Positions 39,840 to 47,422 of a stretch of DNA of 64,000 nt are shown in pieces. The notes below the pieces were generated by a model, which did not search any database, was not told the DNA's origin, and saw nothing but the letters and a program-made list of their open reading frames with translations. The stretch comes from Pseudomonadales bacterium (GTDB lineage: Bacteria > Pseudomonadota > Gammaproteobacteria > Pseudomonadales > JAUIET01): contig JBGCDE010000054.1 of assembly GCA_045105115.1 (NCBI GenBank), forward strand, positions 13,313-77,312, written 5' to 3'. A program made the translations under genes and the position numbers. How positions within the stretch are numbered: the stretch's first letter is position 1; every line of letters starts with the position of its first letter.

Positions 39840-41717
39840 CTATCGGCGACTAAAAAGATTCTGAGCGAACGTTCGAATACGTGAATTCTTGTTTTTCGAT
39901 TTTTGATTATCGACCGCAATACCATTTGACGCATCGCCTTGTTCAGAGCCGTATTGTTTTGCGATCTGCGAAATCGTTTGCAATGCCATCGCAGAAAGAG
40001 GTATGTCCATGTTCATTTCAGTTTTGGCTCGCTGAATAAGATCGGCAGCCATCATGGAGTTGCCTCCCACATCAAAAAAGCCATCATCGAGGTTGATATG
40101 ATCCAAGCCGATCAGTTCTCTGAGAGTAGTAAGCAACCATTGTTCGCTTGCATTTCCCGATGTGGCTCTGTGCGCGTCAATTTGTTGAGCCTGTGAGTAA
40201 GCAGGCTTTGGTAAAGAATCGCGATTGATTTTTCCATTCAGTGTGGTCGGTATAGAGTCTATTGGAATAAGATGCTGCGGAATCATATACGCGGGTAGGA
40301 ATTTCCGAAGGTGTTTGCGCATCTCTACAACGGAAAGTTCAGCGCCATCTTTAAATACGACATAGGCGACAAGACGTTGGTCGCCTGGCCTGTCTTCTCT
40401 GACGGTCGCCACGCACTGATGAACAACTTCGAGTCCATTCATATGTGTTTCAATCTCACCAAGCTCAATTCGAAAGCCACGAATTTTGACTTGACTGTCA
40501 ATGCGACCTTTTACTTCGATTTGTCCATCGCTAGTCCATTGTGCGAGATCGCCAGTTCTATACATGATGGCGTGCGTCGGTGAGAACGGGTCGTGAACAA
40601 ACGCCTTCGCCGTTAGATCCGCTTGTTCGAAATATCCATTGCTGACGCCTAAGCCGCCAATATTGAGTTCACCCGCGACACCGGGCGCGCAGGGTCTGCC
40701 CTCATCATCAAGCACATAACACTGAGTATTTGCGATAGGTTTTCCCACTGTAATCTTTGCTTGGTCCACCGTTAGCTCTCCACAAGTAGACCAGATGGTT
40801 GTTTCTGTAGGACCGTACATATTCCAAAGTGCTGATACTCGCTGTAGAAGCGGGGTTTTCAGGTCGGCGGGAAATGCTTCTCCACCACATAAGGCTTTCA
40901 GAGAGTGGTCACCCTCCCAGCCTGAAGCTAGCAGCAGCCGCCAAGTACCTGGCGTGGCTTGCATTACGGTTACTGAATGCTCAGACATGAGTTGCGACAG
41001 TCTCGTACCTTCTGAAGCGTCGGTCGCATTCGCCAGCACGGTGGTTCCACCAACAACCAGTGGTAAAAACAGTTCTAGTACTGAAATGTCAAATGACAAG
41101 GTGGTTATAGCGAGTAACACATCGTCTGCATCCAGCCCCGGAGTTTCGGCCATGCTCTGTAAGAAATTGACTACTGCAGAATGAGGCACCTGAACCCCTT
41201 TAGGGTTGCCTGTAGAGCCGGAGGTGAAGATAACATAGGCCAAATCACTGCCGCGAATAACATGGTCTGGTCGACTTACACTTTGTTGCTTAAGCTGAAC
41301 ATCGATAGTGTCAATGCAAGTGATTTCCGCAGCGGTATCTGGCAAGCCATCGATAAATTCTTGCTCGGTAAACAGAAACTTTGCCTTGCTTGCATCCAAC
41401 ATGTACTTGAGTCGGCTGGATGGGTAGATAACATCCAAGGGAACATAGGCAGCGCCAGCACGCATTACTCCGATCAATACGGGCAGCCATTGACAGCTTC
41501 GCGACAAACAAACAGCAACTAGATCGCCAATTTTAAAACCTTGTCCGAGTAAGTAATGCGCATAACGATTGCTCAACTCATCCAATTCGCGATAGTTCAG
41601 AGTCTCTTTGCCGCTCGCAACCGCCAGTTTTTCTGGTCTTTGCCGAATCTGCGTATCAATTAGATCGAGAAAATTGTCCTTAACTGGAAAATCTCGGTCC
41701 GTTGTATTCCAGCTCAT
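39840..41717 (-). CDS. NRPS-like adenylation + carrier (A-T) didomain protein
   Basis: 625 aa. Adenylation core motifs LAYVIFTSGSTGNPKGV, NMYGPTETT, GELNIGGLGVSNGY, YRTGDL, GRIDSQVKIRGFRIELGEIE and NGKINR. Carrier motif FFDVGGNSMMA. Confidence 0.9.
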   Translation of the reverse strand: MSWNTTDRDFPVKDNFLDLIDTQIRQRPEKLAVASGKETLNYRELDELSNRYAHYLLGQGFKIGDLVAVCLSRSCQWLPVLIGVMRAGAAYVPLDVIYPSSRLKYMLDASKAKFLFTEQEFIDGLPDTAAEITCIDTIDVQLKQQSVSRPDHVIRGSDLAYVIFTSGSTGNPKGVQVPHSAVVNFLQSMAETPGLDADDVLLAITTLSFDISVLELFLPLVVGGTTVLANATDASEGTRLSQLMSEHSVTVMQATPGTWRLLLASGWEGDHSLKALCGGEAFPADLKTPLLQRVSALWNMYGPTETTIWSTCGELTVDQAKITVGKPIANTQCYVLDDEGRPCAPGVAGELNIGGLGVSNGYFEQADLTAKAFVHDPFSPTHAIMYRTGDLAQWTSDGQIEVKGRIDSQVKIRGFRIELGEIETHMNGLEVVHQCVATVREDRPGDQRLVAYVVFKDGAELSVVEMRKHLRKFLPAYMIPQHLIPIDSIPTTLNGKINRDSLPKPAYSQAQQIDAHRATSGNASEQWLLTTLRELIGLDHINLDDGFFDVGGNSMMAADLIQRAKTEMNMDIPLSAMALQTISQIAKQYGSEQGDASNGIAVDNQKSKNKNSRIRTFAQNLFSRR

Positions 41718-42040
41718 TAAATTCGTACCTTTTGACGTGTCAATCTACTGCTCGTCACTTTAGTGTTTATTGCAAAAAGGCGTGAGAGATCAGGTCTGTG
41801 TAAGCAGCATCCCGCCTAATCTATAAAGGGTAGTTAAGCTGATCCAAATTAACAACGCTCCGGCGCTGAATTGCTACCGCTTATCCTTTGTTATTGCTAC
41901 AAATAATGGCTTGCGTAGTAGCATTGTAAACACTAGAAAACGCGACTGATTGGAGCTGTCACTTGCTTGCGAACACCTATCAATGCGTCTAGTCTGAAGA
42001 GATATATAGGTCGTCAGGTAGACGATTACAGAAAGCCCTT

Positions 42041-42736
42041 ATGCTTAAGAAAAACGTAAAACGATTACAAAATCTGTTTCATGATTTTGTATACCAGGAA
42101 TTTGAAGAGGTTGTCTTTCGAAAAGCGCTGGCTGCCGAGAGCTTTAAAGTCAAGAATTCGGAGGTTCGCGCAGTAGAAGGTGATGCCCGACAGATTGACG
42201 ATTTTTTGGCATCCGACTCTTATCTGAAACGTTACAGGTCGCGAGCTACAAATTACCTCCAGAATAATTTTCGCGTCACTATGGCGATGCTGAATAACAA
42301 ACCGATTGGGTTTGTCTGGTGGACAGATTCGCAAGCAGAAGCCCCCGAATGTGTTCATCCGCATGTCGAACGATTTGGTATCGAATTGGGCGAAAAAGAG
42401 GTTTACGGATTCGATCTACAAATATTGCCGCAGAATCAAGGTGATAATGTAGCGGGTGACTTTTTTCATTTGTACAAGATGCAGTTGCTGTCAATGGGGT
42501 ATCAGACGGTCTGGGGTTGCGCAGAGAAAGACAATCTGCCGGCTATGTGGCTGCATCGTATGCAAAGACACGAGGTAGTAAGAACTATTACGTCGCAAAA
42601 AATTCTGGGTCGCTTTTTGCGAAGTGATCTTAACGGTGGTGCTTGGTATCTGAAGAACTCAGCCACCGATCAACACCATATTGATTTTAGGCGCATCTCT
42701 CACGTGGCTAACACTGAAAGTGCTGCTACAAACTGA
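42041..42736 (+). CDS. Hypothetical protein (possible GNAT-fold acyltransferase, weak)
   Basis: 231 aa. The only hint is the segment LQILPQNQGDNVAGDFF, which loosely resembles GNAT motif A (Q/RxxGxG/A). Confidence 0.4.
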   Translation: MLKKNVKRLQNLFHDFVYQEFEEVVFRKALAAESFKVKNSEVRAVEGDARQIDDFLASDSYLKRYRSRATNYLQNNFRVTMAMLNNKPIGFVWWTDSQAEAPECVHPHVERFGIELGEKEVYGFDLQILPQNQGDNVAGDFFHLYKMQLLSMGYQTVWGCAEKDNLPAMWLHRMQRHEVVRTITSQKILGRFLRSDLNGGAWYLKNSATDQHHIDFRRISHVANTESAATN

Positions 42737-42755
42737 AAGTTAAGGAATCAGGATA

Positions 42756-43787
42756 ATGGCTAAAGTTCACTCGGATGAAGAAGTATGCAAGTTTCTTCAG
42801 GCCCTCACTGCACCCGATTCGATTGCGAAGCATGATCAGGCCGACGGTTGGTTCAACAAGTACTCAGGCAGTTTGCATGACCCAGAAGCGGCCGCGAAGT
42901 ATGTTCGCGGTCTGCGCAATACGCTCAAATTAGGCGCCAACGAAAACCTCGCTGGTAAGGCCGTTCTGGATGTTGGCAGTGGTTTTGGTATGGCGTGTGT
43001 TGTCATGCGTTTGTGGGGTGCCGAACGGGTTGAAGGGATTGATACGTTTCTTCCAATGGTTCAGACAACTCAAAGCTACAGCTCGGTTACTCCGGGGTTA
43101 GAGGGAATGGTATTCCAGACTGGTCTTTCATATGCGTTGCCGCATGAAGATCAAAGCTTCGATATTGTGCTGAACTTTGAAGCCTTGTCGCATTTCGTTA
43201 ACCAGGAACAATCGCTTGCGGAAGCCGTGCGCGTTCTGAAAACCGGCGGTCGATATGTCATCGCTGATGATAACAATGGCGCCAACGCGGGTATTGTTCA
43301 AGAGAACAGAGAAATATGGGAAAGATTTGAAAATGGACCAACAGGTGAAATACATGGTCACAGAGCCAAGCTTGCATACGTAGATTCCAGAGAACAGATT
43401 TTGCAAGAGGCCTACCCCGATTTGCCGGCAGAGAAAGCGAAGGAGCTAGCGGTTAACACTGCTTATATGCTCAAGCAAGACGTGATAGATGCAGGAAAAC
43501 GTTTTTTAGAGAGTGGAGAGCTACCATCATCCAAATTTCAATCTGATCGCTGTCCGGTTGAACCGCATGCGGGCCAGTTTATGGAAAATCTCATAGATCC
43601 GAGAGAGCTCAGCAGCACCTTGGAAGGCTTGGGTTGCGAATGCGATACGGTGGCCTATTTTGGCGGTGATGGTAAGGGTGGCTTGATAAAGCTGGTGAAT
43701 GGCGCGCTAAACACGTTTGTTCCCGGTCCGCTCTTGATTCAAAAATCACCAGGTTTCAAGGTATATGCCAAACGGATCAGAGCATAA
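42756..43787 (+). CDS. SAM-dependent methyltransferase
   Basis: 343 aa. Motif I VLDVGSGFGMA. Later GGRYVIAD. Confidence 0.8.
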   Translation: MAKVHSDEEVCKFLQALTAPDSIAKHDQADGWFNKYSGSLHDPEAAAKYVRGLRNTLKLGANENLAGKAVLDVGSGFGMACVVMRLWGAERVEGIDTFLPMVQTTQSYSSVTPGLEGMVFQTGLSYALPHEDQSFDIVLNFEALSHFVNQEQSLAEAVRVLKTGGRYVIADDNNGANAGIVQENREIWERFENGPTGEIHGHRAKLAYVDSREQILQEAYPDLPAEKAKELAVNTAYMLKQDVIDAGKRFLESGELPSSKFQSDRCPVEPHAGQFMENLIDPRELSSTLEGLGCECDTVAYFGGDGKGGLIKLVNGALNTFVPGPLLIQKSPGFKVYAKRIRA

Positions 43788-44070
43788 TTCCTCTTTCTTC
43801 CATGCATCATCCGGCTGTACTCAATGGTCAAGAAATTGGCAATTTCGATCTGCTGAAGTAATTAACTTCAAGTCTACTGATTCAATTGATATTTTGCTGG
43901 TAACGCTATCGATTCCAGTAAGTTGCTGCCGTTTATCTGAGAGTAATGCTCTAAACGCTGCTGTATTAACGCTATTTTGAGTCTCTATTATACTCAGAAG
44001 ATAACGTTTTACTCTTGCAAGCATTTGATGCGTGGATTTTCGAAAATAACAGTTTCTGTAGGCCTTTGAC

Positions 44071-45255
44071 GTGGAATTACTCTTTCTACTGAGTGTTGCA
44101 GTTGTGCTGTATATGTTCATCGGCTACCCGCTGCTGCTTGCCTTGCTTGCTCCGGTGACCGCAATTAGAAAAGCAGTCAGTGGCAAGCCACCAAAGACTG
44201 AATTGCACGACTTCCCTTTGGTCAGCGTCGTGATTGCGGCGCACAACGAGGAGAATAGCATTGTGCGACGGATGCAAAATTTGCTCTCACAAAGTTATCC
44301 AATGAACAAGGTTCAGTTTATTGTCGGGCTTGATGGGTGCAGCGACAGTACTAAAGTGAAGCTTGAGTCTCAACGCGAGAATATCGAAAATGAAGGTGCG
44401 ACACTAAAAATTATAGAGTTCGCTGATAGAAGTGGAAAGCCCACAGTATTAAATGCAGCTATTGGTCATTGCGAACACGATATTGTTGTGTTTGCTGACG
44501 TGCGACAAACCTATGCTTCAAATGCACTTAGGAATCTCATCAAACATTTTGCTGATGAACGAATAGGTGCTGTGAGCGGTGAGCTGTTTTTAGAAGAACC
44601 TACAGATCGCCACGGGGTTGCCGAAGCGGGTGCGTACTGGCGCTACGAGAAGCTGATTCGAAAGCTTGAATCAAAGTATCATTCAACAATTGGCGCGACT
44701 GGTGCGATCTATGCAATCAGAAAACCCTTGTATCAGGAAATTCCAGTTCGCACGTTGATTGATGATGTGGTCATACCAATGCAAATATGCATGCAAGGTC
44801 ATCAAGTCAAGTTTGCTGGGGATGCCCACGCTTATGATGTAGCGCCATCAGACAGTAATCGTGAATGGTTTCGAAAAGTGAGAACGCTTGCTGGAAATTG
44901 GCAACTGCTGTCAATACGCCCCAATTTTTTCAATCCGATCAAAAACCCTGTCTGGCTTCAGTTTATGTCGCACAAAATGTTACGACTGACGTTGCCGTTT
45001 TGTTTGCTGACTGCGCTATTTAGCAGTTATCTGATGATAGATCAGCAATTTTTTGCAACTGCGTTTATGTTGCAATGCCTGCTCTACGCAATTGGCTGTG
45101 CCTCCTTCTTCTTTGATCGCTTACGACAGCTCCGAATTCCGGGGCTTATTTACTTTTTTTGTATACTCAACGCCGCGATAGTTGTTGGCTTTTATCGCTT
45201 AGCTAGCGGCAAGAAAGAAGGGCTCTGGACCTTCGCCTATAAGACTGGTTCTTGA
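44071..45255 (+). CDS. Membrane-integrated GT2 glycosyltransferase (synthase-like architecture)
   Basis: 394 aa (GTG start). N-terminal TM, GT-A motifs VSVVIAAHNEE, LDGCSD, FADVRQ and LIDDVV, FRKVRTLAGNWQ at the position of the Q(Q/R)xRW motif, then several C-terminal TM segments. Confidence 0.8.
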   Translation: MELLFLLSVAVVLYMFIGYPLLLALLAPVTAIRKAVSGKPPKTELHDFPLVSVVIAAHNEENSIVRRMQNLLSQSYPMNKVQFIVGLDGCSDSTKVKLESQRENIENEGATLKIIEFADRSGKPTVLNAAIGHCEHDIVVFADVRQTYASNALRNLIKHFADERIGAVSGELFLEEPTDRHGVAEAGAYWRYEKLIRKLESKYHSTIGATGAIYAIRKPLYQEIPVRTLIDDVVIPMQICMQGHQVKFAGDAHAYDVAPSDSNREWFRKVRTLAGNWQLLSIRPNFFNPIKNPVWLQFMSHKMLRLTLPFCLLTALFSSYLMIDQQFFATAFMLQCLLYAIGCASFFFDRLRQLRIPGLIYFFCILNAAIVVGFYRLASGKKEGLWTFAYKTGS

Positions 45256-45264
45256 GTTAGAAGC

Positions 45265-46044
45265 GTGTCAATTCCCGTCCTGATGTATCACGCCATTGGT
45301 TCTGGCTCATCGAGTACTCAGCAATACGATGATGCTGATTTCGTTGTTTCAGAAAACAATTTCAAGGCGCAGCTCAGCTATCTGAAAGACAATGGTTTTT
45401 CCAGTTGCCGACTGGATGATGTACCGTCTTTGCTACTTGCTACGAATCGCAAGGTGATTATTAGCTTTGATGATGGTCACGCCAGTGACGTGAGCATCGC
45501 TTTGCCCCTATTACAAGAATATGGCTTTAGCGCAGAGTTTTTCTTCACAAGCAATTGGATAGGCCAAGAAGGTTATGTGGATGAGGAAGGCATTCGTGCA
45601 TTGCATAGCGCAGGCATGGGTATAGGTAGCCATGGGGTCACTCATCAGTTCTTTAATGACTTTTCTTTCAGCGCAGCCGAAGATGAGCTTGTGCGCTCAA
45701 CCGAAAGCTTGTCGAACATAATCAGCGCCCCGGTTGACCGCTTTTCAGCGCCAGGTGGAAGATTGCCAGACGAGCTCGAGAAACTAATGGCGTTGTGCGG
45801 TATCAAATATGTTTGTACATCCGAAATAGATACATGCAATAGCAATAACTTCCCACTCGAGGTTCCGCGAATCGCGATTCGTAATGACACATCAATCGAA
45901 CTATTTGAAAAAATAGTGAATGCAGACGCCGCATACTACCGCCGTCATCAAGTCAGAAAATCCGCATTGGTTTTGTTACGAACTGTACTGGGTAATCAGC
46001 GATACATGAATATGCGTGAAAAACTACTGCAGTTAAGACCCTGA
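45265..46044 (+). CDS. Polysaccharide deacetylase (NodB-domain) protein
   Basis: 259 aa. Motifs IISFDDGHASD and GSHGVTH. Confidence 0.85.
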   Translation: MSIPVLMYHAIGSGSSSTQQYDDADFVVSENNFKAQLSYLKDNGFSSCRLDDVPSLLLATNRKVIISFDDGHASDVSIALPLLQEYGFSAEFFFTSNWIGQEGYVDEEGIRALHSAGMGIGSHGVTHQFFNDFSFSAAEDELVRSTESLSNIISAPVDRFSAPGGRLPDELEKLMALCGIKYVCTSEIDTCNSNNFPLEVPRIAIRNDTSIELFEKIVNADAAYYRRHQVRKSALVLLRTVLGNQRYMNMREKLLQLRP

Positions 46045-46066
46045 GTATTGGTAAATAACCGAACTA

Positions 46067-47422
46067 TTAATCCTCCAGATCCAGTTCGTATTTTTTTACC
46101 AGGTCATACAGCGTCGGGCGAGTTATTCCAAGTAACTTGGCCGCGGCAGAGACGTTACCGTTCGCCGTTGCGAGCGCTCCATTAATCGCTTTCACTTCAG
46201 CTTCTTGTCGTACTTGTCGTAAATTGAGTATTTGCTCTTCTCCAACACTCAAACCAAGGTCTTGCGCGCTAATCTTATTATCATCTGTCATGATAACCGC
46301 TCGCTTTACTTTGTTCTCAAGCTCGCGGATATTTCCTGGCCAGCCATAGTTTTCTACTGCGATAGCGGCATCAGCAGCGAGGCCCTTGATTTTACGTTTT
46401 TGTTCAGCATTGTATTTGCTGACCAAATGTCTCGCTAGCAACACAGTGTCTGATCCGCGTTCACGCAAAGGCGGTAATTCAATAATCATTTCGCTGATGC
46501 GGTAAAATAGGTCTTCACGAAAAGTCCCTTCACCAACCATAGTTTCTAAATCCTTATTGGTTGCGCATAGCACTCTGACATCTACTGGAATTTCATCTCT
46601 GCCGCCAACGCGCTCGATCACCCTTTCCTGCAAAAAGCGCAGTAGTTTAGCTTGCAATGCCAAAGGCATATCGCCAATTTCATCTAGAAATAGTGTGCCA
46701 TTACCCGCTACTTCTACCTTTCCTAGAGTGCGTTTTGCAGCGCCAGTAAAAGCGCCTTTCTCATATCCAAATAGCTCACTTTCCATGAGATTTTCCGGCA
46801 CAGCTGCACAGTTGATTGCAACAAAACGCCCATCACGGTTTTCGCTCAGATTATGGATGGCTCGTGCAAACACCTCCTTGCCTGTGCCACTTTCACCCAG
46901 AACCAAACAGGTGACTTGTGTAGGTGCAATTTTCTCCACCGTACGACAGACTTCCAACATGTTCGGCGCGGAAGCGATGATTCCATCGAGTGGCGATTTA
47001 GCTTGTGCCGCCAGATTTCTATTCTGAAGTTCGAGATCGTGCATCTGAAACGCACGCTGCACAATCAAATCCAAAACTTCCGTATTGACCGGTTTTTCGT
47101 AAAAGTCGTAGGCACCAATTGAGACAGCGCGTACTGCATTCTCATAGTCATGATTGCCGGTGACGACAATGACCTTGGTGTAAGGCGCCAGACGCAGTAT
47201 TTCGTCCAATGCCATGAAGCCCTCTTCGACTCCTTCATCATCTGGCGGTAAGCCTAGATCCTGTAAGACAACTTCCGGTTCATGCTTGCGTAGTTCAGCG
47301 ATAGCCGCCTCGCGGTCACCGGCAATGATCACTTCGTATTGATCAAAGTGCCAGCGTAATTGACTTTGCAGTCCAAGATCGTCTTCGACGATCAGTAGCG
47401 TTTTTTTCTCATTATCCGACAT
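46067..47422 (-). CDS. prsR: Sigma54-dependent response regulator, PEP-CTERM-box type
   Basis: 451 aa. Receiver TLLIVEDDLGLQSQL...VLQDLGLPPD. AAA+ Walker A GESGTGKE. GAFTGA motif (EKGAFTGA). Fis-type HTH AAKLLGITRPTLYDLVKKY. Overlaps prsK by 11 nt. Confidence 0.85.
   Translation of the reverse strand: MSDNEKKTLLIVEDDLGLQSQLRWHFDQYEVIIAGDREAAIAELRKHEPEVVLQDLGLPPDDEGVEEGFMALDEILRLAPYTKVIVVTGNHDYENAVRAVSIGAYDFYEKPVNTEVLDLIVQRAFQMHDLELQNRNLAAQAKSPLDGIIASAPNMLEVCRTVEKIAPTQVTCLVLGESGTGKEVFARAIHNLSENRDGRFVAINCAAVPENLMESELFGYEKGAFTGAAKRTLGKVEVAGNGTLFLDEIGDMPLALQAKLLRFLQERVIERVGGRDEIPVDVRVLCATNKDLETMVGEGTFREDLFYRISEMIIELPPLRERGSDTVLLARHLVSKYNAEQKRKIKGLAADAAIAVENYGWPGNIRELENKVKRAVIMTDDNKISAQDLGLSVGEEQILNLRQVRQEAEVKAINGALATANGNVSAAAKLLGITRPTLYDLVKKYELDLED

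Noticed and set aside
43788-44070. Small ORFs in the AT-rich gap before the GT2 gene (43765-43980 plus, 43821-44120 minus).
   Set aside because: They overlap each other on opposite strands and have no Shine-Dalgarno context and no recognisable motifs. The region is better explained as a promoter or leader for the GT2-deacetylase pair.
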